A DNA stretch of 64,000 bases from an uncultured Methanomassiliicoccales archaeon (GTDB taxonomy: Archaea; Thermoplasmatota; Thermoplasmata; SG8-5), in NCBI GenBank assembly GCA_938004075.1, contig CALKWP010000013.1, positions 11,734 through 75,733 on the forward strand, given 5' to 3'. A program made the translations under genes and the position numbers. The stretch's first letter is position 1; every line of letters starts with the position of its first letter. Under the pieces are notes generated by a model, which was given only the letters and a program-made list of their open reading frames with translations, was not told where the DNA came from and did not search any database. Of this stretch, positions 9,400 to 18,025 are shown piece by piece.

Positions 9400-9987
9400 G
9401 TGAAAGTTGACATATCAATCCAAATAGAGATTTGCCCGGGGGTGTACGCCCCCGCAGAGGACACTTACCTGCTCCTCTCGGCTGTTGAAATCCGCAAAGG
9501 CCAGCACGTCCTGGAGATGGGCTGCGGAACAGGAATTATCGCGCTGCACTGCGCCAAGGCTGGGTGCCAAGTTACGGCTGCGGATGTTTCCCTGGGCGCT
9601 GTGGAGAACGCGCAAATGAACGCTGCCATAAACGGCCTGGAGATGGAGGTCATCCAGTCGGATTTGTTTCAGAACATGGAAGAAAAATTCGATGCCATCA
9701 TCTTCAACCCGCCATATCTTTCCTCCGAGGATTCCGAGGGGCTTTCGGATGCAGAGAAAAGGCCGCTGGTCGGCGGTGAGATGGGGCATGAAATCACGGC
9801 CCGGTTCCTGGATGGCGCCGCAGAGCGCCTGAGCCCAGGAGGGAAGATTTACCTGCTGACCTCTTCGGAGAGCGAAACGGGAGTCCTGGAAAAGGCCAGG
9901 CAGCATTATTCGATGCGGATGATTGCCGAGAAGAGGATTTTTTTTGAGACGCTGGCCGTTTATGAGATGAAATTGGGCAAGCCTTAA
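9400..9987 (+). CDS. Protein N5-glutamine methyltransferase (HemK/Mtq2 family, release-factor methylase)
   Basis: 195 aa; GCGTGIIAL SAM-binding motif and NPPY substrate-amide motif. GTG start at 9400 preceded by TTTAATTTAAA TATA-like element. Trm112, its usual partner, lies 6 kb upstream. Confidence 0.7.
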   Translation: MKVDISIQIEICPGVYAPAEDTYLLLSAVEIRKGQHVLEMGCGTGIIALHCAKAGCQVTAADVSLGAVENAQMNAAINGLEMEVIQSDLFQNMEEKFDAIIFNPPYLSSEDSEGLSDAEKRPLVGGEMGHEITARFLDGAAERLSPGGKIYLLTSSESETGVLEKARQHYSMRMIAEKRIFFETLAVYEMKLGKP

Positions 9988-10031
9988 ATAGCCCGTCCAG
10001 GTTTTAGCCATTCTCTCAAAGGGGGCTATTC

Positions 10032-10973
10032 ATGAAAACAGCAATTATCGCGGTGGGCGGGAACGCTCTGACCAAGAAGGATGATGACGGCAACATCTAC
10101 CAGCAGTTCAAGAATGCGCGCGAGACATGCGCCAAGCTCATCAAAGTCGTGGAGATGGGCTATGACATCATCATAACGCATGGCAACGGCCCCCAGGTGG
10201 GCGATTCCATCAGGCGGCATGAGAACGCCAGAAAGATCATCCCGCCTTACCCGCTGGGCGTTTGCGTCGCCGAAACCGTCGGCAGCATGGGATACATGCT
10301 CCAGCAGACCATGCAGAACACCGTCAAGAAATCAAAAGTCGTGCGCAAGGACGTCGTGACGATCATCACCCAGGTTGTCGTCGATGAAGACGACCCATCG
10401 TTCAAGAACCCGACAAAACCCATAGGCCAGTTCTTTTCAAAAGAGGACATTGACGAGATCGTCAAGGTCGAGAAATGGAACGTCGTTGAGGATTCCGGCA
10501 GGGGCTGGCGCCGCGTGGTCCCGTCGCCGAAGCCGCTCCGCATCGTGGAGAAGGATACCATCGGGGATTTACTTGCCAAGGGAAAGATCGTCATCGCCTG
10601 CGGGGGCGGCGGCTTGCCTGTTATCCAGCTTGAGGATGGCACGCTGGACGGCGTTGAAGCCGTCATAGACAAGGATTACGCATCGTCGAAACTCGCTCAG
10701 CAGCTGGACCTGGATGAACTGATAATTCTCACAGCGGTGGACAAGGTCTCCATCAATTTCGGAAAGCCGGACCAGGTGGATTTGGACATCCTCACTGTCT
10801 CGGAGGCGAAGAGGCATTTGAAGGACGGTCAATTTCCCCCGGGTTCCATGGGTCCGAAGATACGCGCCGCGATAGAGTTCATCGAGAACGGCGGCCGCAG
10901 GGCCATAATCGCCAGCCATGACAACCTGGTTGAGGCCATGAGGGGCGAAGCCGGAACCCGTATCGTCCGGTAA
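10032..10973 (+). CDS. arcC: Carbamate kinase
   Basis: 313 aa; MKTAIIAVGGNAL...ITHGNGPQVG...CGGGGLPV, typical carbamate kinase (amino-acid kinase fold). Confidence 0.8.
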   Translation: MKTAIIAVGGNALTKKDDDGNIYQQFKNARETCAKLIKVVEMGYDIIITHGNGPQVGDSIRRHENARKIIPPYPLGVCVAETVGSMGYMLQQTMQNTVKKSKVVRKDVVTIITQVVVDEDDPSFKNPTKPIGQFFSKEDIDEIVKVEKWNVVEDSGRGWRRVVPSPKPLRIVEKDTIGDLLAKGKIVIACGGGGLPVIQLEDGTLDGVEAVIDKDYASSKLAQQLDLDELIILTAVDKVSINFGKPDQVDLDILTVSEAKRHLKDGQFPPGSMGPKIRAAIEFIENGGRRAIIASHDNLVEAMRGEAGTRIVR

Positions 10974-11011
10974 TCGGCAGGCTTTAATCTTTTCGAGGCC
11001 TGCAGAGTCGC

Positions 11012-11707
11012 ATGATCCGCGGCATCACCGAAGCATCATTCCTGGACTGGGACGGCAAAGTTGTCATGACACTCTATACGCCGAACTGCAACTTCCGCTG
11101 CCCGTTCTGCCATAACTGGGAGCTGATGGACAATCCCGAGAGGTACCCGGAGAAGTCCTGGGAGGACATCAGGGACCACCTGGAGGAGCATTCGGATTTC
11201 CTGGACGGTGTATGCGTCACCGGCGGGGAGCCGCTCCTGGAGCCGGACCTGGAATCCATCCTGACAAATGTCAAGGCAATGGGGAAGCTGGTCAAGCTGG
11301 ATACCAATGGCTCGCTGCCGGAAAAGCTGAAGGAATTGTTGGACAAGAAACTAATAGATTACATCGCCATGGACTTCAAGGCCCCGCTGGACAAGAGATA
11401 CTCCAAAGCCGCCGGGACAACGGTCGATATCAGGAAGATAAAGAAATCAATCAGCATAATCAGGAAATCCGGAATTCATCATGAGTTCCGGACCACTGTC
11501 GTTCCAGGCATTCACGCCAAAGAAGATGTGATCGAGATTGCCAGATACCTTGGCTCAGGAAAGTACGTCCTCCAGCAGTTCGTTCCATATCATGCGATGG
11601 ATGAGAAGCTCCGGGACGAAAAACCATATGATGACCAGGTCATCGCGGAAATGGCGGATGTCTGCTCGGAATTCGTTGACAATATGGTCGTCAGGGGATT
11701 GAGGTAG
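11012..11707 (+). CDS. Radical-SAM glycyl-radical-enzyme activase family protein (NrdG/PflA-like)
   Basis: CNFRCPFCHN = CxxxCxxC radical-SAM cluster motif near N-terminus; 231 aa, size and motif order like anaerobic RNR activase. Confidence 0.6.
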   Translation: MIRGITEASFLDWDGKVVMTLYTPNCNFRCPFCHNWELMDNPERYPEKSWEDIRDHLEEHSDFLDGVCVTGGEPLLEPDLESILTNVKAMGKLVKLDTNGSLPEKLKELLDKKLIDYIAMDFKAPLDKRYSKAAGTTVDIRKIKKSISIIRKSGIHHEFRTTVVPGIHAKEDVIEIARYLGSGKYVLQQFVPYHAMDEKLRDEKPYDDQVIAEMADVCSEFVDNMVVRGLR

Positions 11708-11719
11708 AAAAATGAAAAG

Positions 11720-11746
11720 TTGAACATCCCGGTTTGGGATGTTCAA
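11720..11746. terminator. Perfect 11-bp inverted repeat hairpin (TTGAACATCCC-GGTTT-GGGATGTTCAA) between convergent genes
   Basis: Read directly. Lies between the stops of the radical-SAM gene (+) and ndk (-), abutting the ndk stop. Likely bidirectional terminator. Confidence 0.55.
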
Positions 11747-12196
11747 TTATTCGTACAGCCAGACTTCGTCTATCCTAGTGTAAGTCTGGATTTCTTCGGG
11801 CTGGAAGAATAAGCCAATCTCCCGCTCGGCGCTCGCAAGGGAATCGCTGGCGTGGATGATGTTCCTGCCTGTGGTCATGCCATAATCGCCTCGGATCGTT
11901 CCGGGGCCAGCGTCCTTGGGATTGGTCTTGCCGACAACGGTTCTCACGACGGATATCGCGTCCCCGCCCTCCCAGACCATTGCCAGCACAGGCCCTGATG
12001 TAATGAAGCTGACAAGTTTTTCATAGAACGGCTTGCCAAGATGCTCGCCGTAGTGCTTGGCTGCTAGTTCCAGGTCTATTGTCATGAGCTTGGCTGCGAC
12101 AAGTTTCAGGCCCTTGGCCTCGAATCTGGATACCACCTGGCCGGCTATTCCGCGCTGGACGCCGTCAGGCTTGACCATGACGAAGGTGCGCTCCAT
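11747..12196 (-). CDS. ndk: Nucleoside diphosphate kinase
   Basis: 149 aa; [17 protein letters not shown]...NIIHASD (active-site His) classic NDK. Confidence 0.9.
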   Translation of the reverse strand: MERTFVMVKPDGVQRGIAGQVVSRFEAKGLKLVAAKLMTIDLELAAKHYGEHLGKPFYEKLVSFITSGPVLAMVWEGGDAISVVRTVVGKTNPKDAGPGTIRGDYGMTTGRNIIHASDSLASAEREIGLFFQPEEIQTYTRIDEVWLYE

Positions 12197-12200
12197 CCGA

Positions 12201-12539
12201 TCACTCTTTCTTCGGGGCTTCCTTCTTCGGCTTGGCTTTGGGCTTCTCGGCAGCTGTTTCCTTCTTGGCGGGAGCCTTCGGTTTTGCCTTTGGCTTCTCT
12301 TCCTTGGGCTGTTCCTCTGGTTCCTCGGCGGCCTTCTCCCTGTGGAGGGTGCTGGCTTTCAGCTCGCTGTATCTGGCGGTCCACCTGGTACGCCTGGAGA
12401 CTCGGCCAAGGCCGATGTTGTTCTTCTTGCACTTGTTGCTGCAGAAATTGAATATTGTTCCGTCTTTCTTGACGTACATCTTGCCTGTGCCCGGCTCGAT
12501 TGCCGTTCCGCAGAATGAGCAGTTCCTTTTCTCAACCAT
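12201..12539 (-). CDS. rpl24e: Ribosomal protein L24e with long Lys/Pro/Ala/Glu-rich C-terminal tail
   Basis: N-terminal 60 aa ([34 protein letters not shown]) = L24e zinc-binding fold. Then ~50 aa of [31 protein letters not shown]. Confidence 0.8.
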   Translation of the reverse strand: MVEKRNCSFCGTAIEPGTGKMYVKKDGTIFNFCSNKCKKNNIGLGRVSRRTRWTARYSELKASTLHREKAAEEPEEQPKEEKPKAKPKAPAKKETAAEKPKAKPKKEAPKKE

Positions 12540-12547
12540 GTTACCAC

Positions 12548-12766
12548 TTACCTCATGCCGAGCTTTCTGGCTTCTCTCTGGGTTTCCCTGAGCATCAGTA
12601 TGTCGCCAAGCTGGATCGGCCCGATGACGTTCCTGGTGATGATGCGGCCCTTGTCGCGGCCGTCAAGTACCCTGACTTTGACTTGCGTTGCTTCGCCAGT
12701 CATGCCGGTCCTCCCGACGACCTCGACCACTTCGGACTGTATACTGTCGTTCATCATTTGAATCAC
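12548..12766 (-). CDS. rps28e: Ribosomal protein S28e
   Basis: 72 aa; [46 protein letters not shown] matches S28e. Confidence 0.9.
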   Translation of the reverse strand: MIQMMNDSIQSEVVEVVGRTGMTGEATQVKVRVLDGRDKGRIITRNVIGPIQLGDILMLRETQREARKLGMR

Positions 12767-12776
12767 CCTGGCGGAA

Positions 12777-13148
12777 TCACTTCTTCAGCGATGCGACCTT
12801 CCCGGCAAGCTCCTCCATGAGGGGCTTTCCCTTGCCGGCATCCATTATTGCGACCGAGGAAGTGGGCTTCTCAAGACCGCAAGCCACGCCGAGCTCCTGT
12901 TTGCTTGGCACGTAGGCATACGGGATGTTCTTGTCATCGCACAGCAGGGGCATGTGAGCGAGAATCTCTTCCGGCTGCACGTCCTCAGCTATTATGACGA
13001 ACTTGGTCGTCCCCCTTTCCACGAGCTTTGTCACCTCGTTGGTGCCCTTCCTCAGCTTTCCTGTGTCCCTTGAAAGTTCCACAAGCTGGAAGGTCTTGTC
13101 AACGAGTTCCTTGTCCATCTCAAATCTTACATACATTGGTTTTGCCAT
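12777..13148 (-). CDS. rpl7ae: Ribosomal protein L7Ae (K-turn binding)
   Basis: 123 aa; ...[33 protein letters not shown]...VPSKQELG... L7Ae/L30e fold. GGAGG Shine-Dalgarno 7 nt upstream. Confidence 0.9.
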   Translation of the reverse strand: MAKPMYVRFEMDKELVDKTFQLVELSRDTGKLRKGTNEVTKLVERGTTKFVIIAEDVQPEEILAHMPLLCDDKNIPYAYVPSKQELGVACGLEKPTSSVAIMDAGKGKPLMEELAGKVASLKK

Positions 13149-13159
13149 TTCAATTCCTC

Positions 13160-13194
13160 CTTCATCCCATTACAATCGGGGATTCATCAGTCAT
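13160..13194 (-). promoter_or_regulatory. K-turn-like motif in the L7Ae 5' leader (candidate autoregulatory site)
   Basis: Leader (minus strand) reads ...UGACUGAUGAAUCCCCGAUUGUAAUGGGAUGAAGG-AGGAAUUGAA-AUG. An AUCCC/GGGAU stem is flanked by GA/UGA and UGAA (tandem sheared G.A candidates), downstream of an AATATATA TATA box at ~13215-13225. Confidence 0.35.
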
Positions 13195-13271
13195 TGGCTC
13201 GAAAGAGCATCCGCACAAAGAGGGGTCGGTATATATTGGTTTCGGAGATATTCACAGGGTAGGGCGCAATA

Positions 13272-14027
13272 TCATTCGCGCAGCTTGAAATCCGCCCATG
13301 TCTGCTCCCCCACCACCTCGAACCCGTTGGATTTGCAGGTGAGCATGCTGGCGGTGTTGGTCTTTATGACGTCGGCAGTTGCCCTGCCGCCCTTGCGGTG
13401 AAGCATGTTCACGAGTGCTTTCGTCACAAGTTGGGCATACCCCTTCCTCCTGTGCTCGGCCAGGGTGTGCGCGAACCCCAGGTTGCCGATGCCGTCGAAA
13501 TAGAAATGAAGGCCGCACCAGGATATGGGCTTCCCATCCAGTCTGAGGCAGGCGCTGTCGAATTTGGCCACGGATTCCCGTATGTGCTCCTCCCTGTCAT
13601 CATCGCCCAGCTCCCAGAACGGGGCGATGTATGAGACCTCGTCGGGCCTTATGGGGCCAATCTCATCCCATGGCCCTTTGCCATATCCATCGGGCGCAAG
13701 AAAAAGCCAGCATGGCCATTCCCCCGCCAAATCGTAATGTTCCTTGAGCAGCTCGATTGCGGCAGGCGGGCTCACGGACACGAAGAAGCCTTTCTTTGGA
13801 AGCAATTTTTCTGGTATTTCCATGCCTGTCCAGTCACCTGCAAAGATCATCTGGTCGCCGGATTCCAATATCGCCATGACGGCGCCAAGGTCCTCTGTGG
13901 CATAGATGCGGAATTTCTCGTTATCATGGAAGACCCGCCAGAGGAATCCGGAATTGACTATCCTGTCCGCTTCCATGGCGGCAATTAGGTCCGATGGGTC
14001 CTTCACCGGGACAAGGTTCCCTGCCAT
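13272..14027 (-). CDS. GNAT-family N-acetyltransferase (C-terminal acetyl-CoA binding domain)
   Basis: C-terminal ...GLHFYFDGIGNLGFAHTLAEHRRKGYAQLVTKALVNMLHRKGG (GNAT motif A, R/Q-x-x-G-x-G/A). Start moved to ATG 14027 because 14040-14070 holds TTAATATAT (archaeal TATA) on the coding strand. Confidence 0.6.
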   Translation of the reverse strand: MAGNLVPVKDPSDLIAAMEADRIVNSGFLWRVFHDNEKFRIYATEDLGAVMAILESGDQMIFAGDWTGMEIPEKLLPKKGFFVSVSPPAAIELLKEHYDLAGEWPCWLFLAPDGYGKGPWDEIGPIRPDEVSYIAPFWELGDDDREEHIRESVAKFDSACLRLDGKPISWCGLHFYFDGIGNLGFAHTLAEHRRKGYAQLVTKALVNMLHRKGGRATADVIKTNTASMLTCKSNGFEVVGEQTWADFKLRE

Positions 14028-14158
14028 GAATCCGGGTATTGAGAATGGATATATTAACCCACCAGTGCATTTTCGATTGCATTTTTGACTCGGCCAATAC
14101 ATTTATAAGATAGGACATATATTACTGGTTGAAGAGGGAAACGTTGTCGGTGAGAGAT

Positions 14159-14638
14159 ATGTATGCGGACCTCGAGAAGATCGAGGCCCGCGGAAAGAGA
14201 AAGAAGGACAAAAGCAAGGGACTTTTCTCATCCTTCGGCAAGAAGGACGAGCCGGAAGCCAATGATTCTGCGAAGGAGAGCGCTGCGCCGATTGCCGCAG
14301 CGCCGGCCGAGCCAGTTCCCGAGCCCCCGAAGCAAGAGCCGATTCCCGAGCCGCAGCCGGTCGTCGCCCCGAAACCGGCCCCCGTCATTGAGCGTCTAAA
14401 ACCGCAGCCAACACCGAAGCCTGCCGCCCCGCCTGTTGAGACCGCGCCAAAAACAGCATCCAACGATTCAGGCTGGACCCCACTAACGGGCAGCAAGCTG
14501 AAGAAAGCCGAGGATGACCTCATGGTTTACAAGAGGTGGCTGAACAGCGGCTTCAAGTCCGGCGTTCTCACCAAGCAGCAGTGCGTTGACATGGTGAAAG
14601 CCAAGGAGATAGAGCTTGGCCTGAAGCCAAAGGCATGA
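14159..14638 (+). CDS. Hypothetical Pro/Ala/Glu-rich protein with short C-terminal helical domain (SHOCT-like?)
   Basis: Low-complexity PEPxP repeats (APAEPVPEPPKQEPIPEPQPVVAPKPAPV). C-terminal MVYKRWLNSGFKSGVLTKQQCVDMVKAKEIELGL resembles SHOCT-type short domains. No firm homology. Confidence 0.35.
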   Translation: MYADLEKIEARGKRKKDKSKGLFSSFGKKDEPEANDSAKESAAPIAAAPAEPVPEPPKQEPIPEPQPVVAPKPAPVIERLKPQPTPKPAAPPVETAPKTASNDSGWTPLTGSKLKKAEDDLMVYKRWLNSGFKSGVLTKQQCVDMVKAKEIELGLKPKA

Positions 14639-15199
14639 TCAAAGAGCGGAAAATTTCTCAATCTTCTTCTTGAGAGACGGATTCTTCTCCATCTCCAGCA
14701 TGATTATGGCCGTCTGAAGTTTCCAGATGGTGTAGAAGTTGAGGCTGTCATCGGGCTTGAGGTCACGGATGCGGCCTGAAACGGTCTTCTCAATCTCGAG
14801 GAACGCGTCCCTGAGGGCGGCTTCGTTTATGTCATCATAGCCAATCTGCCTAAGCAGTCTTGCGACCTTCTCCGTGGATTGCTCCCAGTGCTTCAGCAAG
14901 GCGTCCTTGCCGGGGACTGCGTCCACTCCGGGCGCCAGGAAGAATATCTTGGCTGTGCGGCCGTAGACCTTCTCCGGGATGTGGTGCTCCTTTCTCTCGC
15001 CGGTCTGCTCTATCAGCCCGGCCTTCAGAAGCTTCTCGACATGCCGGTATACCGTCGATTGGTCCTTCTCGAGTATGCTTGTGAGCTGCGCCACGGTGAG
15101 GCGATTGACCCTGAGCAGTTCCAGAATGGCCCTTCTGGTTTCATCGGTAACCAGTTTTATGACAGCGGGGTCGTCTATGACCCGAATCTCGTCAACCAT
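14639..15199 (-). CDS. Winged-helix (ArsR/TrmB-like) transcriptional regulator
   Basis: MVDEIRVIDDPAVIKLVTDETRRAILELLRVNRLTVAQLTSILEKDQSTVYRHVEKLLKAGLIEQ = HTH with recognition helix. Internal ATG 15199 chosen (upstream part overlaps AT-rich promoter). Confidence 0.65.
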   Translation of the reverse strand: MVDEIRVIDDPAVIKLVTDETRRAILELLRVNRLTVAQLTSILEKDQSTVYRHVEKLLKAGLIEQTGERKEHHIPEKVYGRTAKIFFLAPGVDAVPGKDALLKHWEQSTEKVARLLRQIGYDDINEAALRDAFLEIEKTVSGRIRDLKPDDSLNFYTIWKLQTAIIMLEMEKNPSLKKKIEKFSAL

Positions 15200-15291
15200 G
15201 ATTCTCCAAATGCCCGTGTCCATATATATAATTTTGCACACTTGCGCATCCGTGCATATGTTTAAATATCGCATCATATCTATGCACAAAC
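15200..15291. promoter_or_regulatory. Divergent promoter region (CATATATATAATTTT TATA-like) between HTH regulator and MATE efflux gene
   Basis: AT-rich stretch in otherwise GC-rich DNA, bracketed by divergent starts 15199 (-) and 15292 (+). Confidence 0.5.
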
Positions 15292-16662
15292 ATGCGAATG
15301 TTCGGGTTCGGCACAAGCAACGGGAACGATTCCAGGCGGCGCGAGATTATCGCATTCACCTGGCCGGTCATCATAACGAACCTGCTGCAGTCGCTGACCA
15401 TGACAGTGGACACGCTCATGCTGGGCAATCTGGGCGGGGAGGTTGGACGGGATGCCATCGCCGGACAGGGCCTCGGCAGCCAGGTTGTTTTTCTAACCCA
15501 CGCATTGATGATGGCGGTGAGCGCCGGAACCATCGCCCTGGTGGCCAGATACACAGGCGCAAAGAAGAAAGCCAGGGCCGAGCGCGTGATGGAGCAGAGC
15601 ATCGTGATCGGCATACTCCTTTCAATCATCCTTACTTTTCTGGGCTGGTTCTTCGGCGGCTACGCCGTCCAGCTGTTCGGCGCAGGCCCCGAGGTCCAGG
15701 GCCTTGCGGAGGTCTATGTTAAATATGTATTCCTGGGCACCATATTCAGCTTCTTCACTTTCATTGTCGGCGCCGCGCTGCGGGGCGCTGGCGACATGAA
15801 GACCCCAATGATCATCGCCCTGATAACGAATATCGTCAACATATTCTTCAATTACGTGCTCATCTTCGGCAACTTTGGATTCCCTGCAATGGGGGTGAAG
15901 GGGGCGGCCATCGCCACAACCATTGGATTCACTGTGGGCGCGGTGGCCTATATCTACCTGATCATGGCCAAGAAGCTTGTGCTTGGCCTGCCTTCCAGAG
16001 GCAAGCGCTTCGCCAGAGGCGTGGTCCGCAGGATCATGAGGATCGGCACTCCGGCGGCAGCCGAGCAGGCGGTTCTCCAGGTGGGATTCTTGGTATACAC
16101 GGCCATAATCGTGTATTACGGCTCGGCAGCGCTGGCAGGCCACCAGATCGGCGCGCGCATTCAGAGCCTGGCATTCATGCCCGGGATGGGCTTCGCTATG
16201 GCGGCGACCGCCCTTGTGGGGCAGAACCTCGGGGCTAGAAAGCCCGACGAAGCGGAGCATAGCGGCTGGGAATCGACCAAGCTAGCCATGTTCGTGATGT
16301 GCGCCATCGGGGCAGTCATGTTCGTCTTTGCAGAACCGCTGGCCACGCTTTTCGTGAATGACCCCGAGACGGTAAAACTCGCTGCCCTCTGGATGCGGCT
16401 CCAGGCCCTTGCCATGCCCGCAATTGGAATGCACTTCACGCTGTCCGGAGCACTGCGTGGCGCCGGGGACACCCGCTGGCCATTGTGGGTATCGGCCCTG
16501 GGCATGTTCGCAGTGCGGCTGCCCATCGCCGTGGCGCTCGGGTTCATGCTGGGAATCGGGGTCCTGGGGGCATGGATTGCCTTCGTTGTGGAGTACAATG
16601 TCAGGGCCGTCATCATCGCCTGGCGTTTCAAGGCCGGGCACTGGAAAACAATAAAGATATGA
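15292..16662 (+). CDS. MATE-family multidrug/toxin efflux transporter
   Basis: 456 aa, 12-TM pattern, N-terminal ...IIAFTWPVIITNLLQSLTMTVDTLMLGNLG... typical of MATE (NorM/DinF) proteins. Confidence 0.8.
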   Translation: MRMFGFGTSNGNDSRRREIIAFTWPVIITNLLQSLTMTVDTLMLGNLGGEVGRDAIAGQGLGSQVVFLTHALMMAVSAGTIALVARYTGAKKKARAERVMEQSIVIGILLSIILTFLGWFFGGYAVQLFGAGPEVQGLAEVYVKYVFLGTIFSFFTFIVGAALRGAGDMKTPMIIALITNIVNIFFNYVLIFGNFGFPAMGVKGAAIATTIGFTVGAVAYIYLIMAKKLVLGLPSRGKRFARGVVRRIMRIGTPAAAEQAVLQVGFLVYTAIIVYYGSAALAGHQIGARIQSLAFMPGMGFAMAATALVGQNLGARKPDEAEHSGWESTKLAMFVMCAIGAVMFVFAEPLATLFVNDPETVKLAALWMRLQALAMPAIGMHFTLSGALRGAGDTRWPLWVSALGMFAVRLPIAVALGFMLGIGVLGAWIAFVVEYNVRAVIIAWRFKAGHWKTIKI

Positions 16663-16688
16663 TTGCCTATTCCAGACGGAGGTCGAAC

Positions 16689-17036
16689 ATGACCGGCATA
16701 GAGAATTTTCAGAAGAACAGGGAAGCGCTGGCCGCGCTGATGGCTGAGAAAGCCGACATGAGCATGAAACGGTTCCTCAACCTTGACACGAAGGTCTACG
16801 AGGACGGCGCCCTGCCCGCGAAGCAGAAGGAGATGCTGGGGCTTGTTGCCTCGCTGGTCCTGAGATGCGATGATTGCATCAACTACCACCTTGTGCAATG
16901 CCGCAAGATGGACGTTACCGAGCCGGAGATCATCGAGGTCATGGACGTTGGCCTTATCGTCGGCGGCTCAATCACCATACCGCACATCCGCAGGGCTTTG
17001 AAGTCCTGGGCGGAACTGCAGGAGGGAGGGCAATGA
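16689..17036 (+). CDS. Carboxymuconolactone decarboxylase / AhpD-like family protein
   Basis: 115 aa; ...LGLVASLVLRCDDCINYHLV... CxxC-H core of the AhpD/CMD fold. GGAGGT RBS upstream of ATG 16689. Confidence 0.65.
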   Translation: MTGIENFQKNREALAALMAEKADMSMKRFLNLDTKVYEDGALPAKQKEMLGLVASLVLRCDDCINYHLVQCRKMDVTEPEIIEVMDVGLIVGGSITIPHIRRALKSWAELQEGGQ

Positions 17037-17512
17037 TGGACAGAACAGAGAAAAAAGAGTTGTTTGCAATGCTCATGGACCGAGTGAGTGAGATAATGGC
17101 CGGGCCCGGGGATACGGCTGAGAAGATGGCGCAGGTCTGCCGGCTTCTGAAGTGCGAGGTGTATTACTATGACTGGGTCGGGTTCTACCTGGTCAACCCG
17201 GAGAAGGAGAGAGAACTTGTCCTGGGGCCGTTCGTGGGCGAGTCCACCGACCATGTGAACATTCATTTCGGCGAGGGCATCTGCGGCCAGAGCGCGGAGA
17301 CCAAGAAGATTTTCGTGGTCCAGAACGTATGCGAGGTTACGAACTACCTCTCATGCAGCCCGAAAGTCCAATCCGAGATAGTGGTTCCCATTCTCAGGGG
17401 CGGCGATTTCATCGGTGAAATTGATATTGATTCCCATGTGCTGGAGCCATTCTCGGCCGAGGACGAGGAATTCCTTGTCGATATTGCGGAATTGTTCGCC
17501 GGGATTATGTGA
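17033..17512 (+). CDS. GAF-domain free methionine-(R)-sulfoxide reductase (fRMsr)-like protein, copy 1
   Basis: 159 aa; YYYDWVGFYLV ... GEGICGQSA ... NYLSCSPKVQSEIVVPI = fRMsr/YebR GAF signature. Start ATG overlaps AhpD-like stop (ATGA). Confidence 0.7.
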   Translation: MMDRTEKKELFAMLMDRVSEIMAGPGDTAEKMAQVCRLLKCEVYYYDWVGFYLVNPEKERELVLGPFVGESTDHVNIHFGEGICGQSAETKKIFVVQNVCEVTNYLSCSPKVQSEIVVPILRGGDFIGEIDIDSHVLEPFSAEDEEFLVDIAELFAGIM

Positions 17513-17560
17513 GGTGATGGGAATGTTTCAAACCAAGCAAAAATATTTGAATCCGGGGGA

Positions 17561-18025
17561 ATGAATATGCACCCCGAAAAGATGGGGATACTGAGCCTGG
17601 CCAGGCTGCTGATGGGGACTGAGGGCAGCCGCGATGACGCGCTCGGGGCCATATGCCACCTCCTCAACCAGAGCGTGGAACATTATGATTGGGTCGGCAT
17701 CTATCTGGCAGATCCGAAAAGAAAGGTTCTCCACTTGGGCCCTTTCGCTGGCGCTGAGACCGAGCATACCACAATCCCTTATGGAAAAGGAATTTGCGGC
17801 CAGGTGGCTGAATCGCATGAAACTTTCCTGGTGCCGGACGTGAGAGCCCAGAAAAACTACATCGCTTGCAGCATGAAAGTTAAATCCGAAATAGTAGTGC
17901 CCATCATGAAGCAGGGGAAATTCGTGGGCCAGCTGGACATTGACTCGCATACGGCGGACGCATTTGATGATGATGACAGGGAGTTCCTGGAAATGCTCTG
18001 CAGGGAACTGGCCATACTATTCTAG
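17561..18025 (+). CDS. GAF-domain fRMsr-like protein, copy 2 (tandem paralog)
   Basis: 154 aa; EHYDWVGIYLA ... GKGICGQVA ... NYIACSMKVKSEIVVPI. Clearly paralogous with copy 1. Confidence 0.7.
   Translation: MNMHPEKMGILSLARLLMGTEGSRDDALGAICHLLNQSVEHYDWVGIYLADPKRKVLHLGPFAGAETEHTTIPYGKGICGQVAESHETFLVPDVRAQKNYIACSMKVKSEIVVPIMKQGKFVGQLDIDSHTADAFDDDDREFLEMLCRELAILF

Noticed and set aside
16485-16688. N-terminal 68 aa of ORF 16485..17036
   Set aside because: Overlaps the 3' end of the MATE gene in another frame. ATG 16689 with RBS and the AhpD-like domain boundary fit better.
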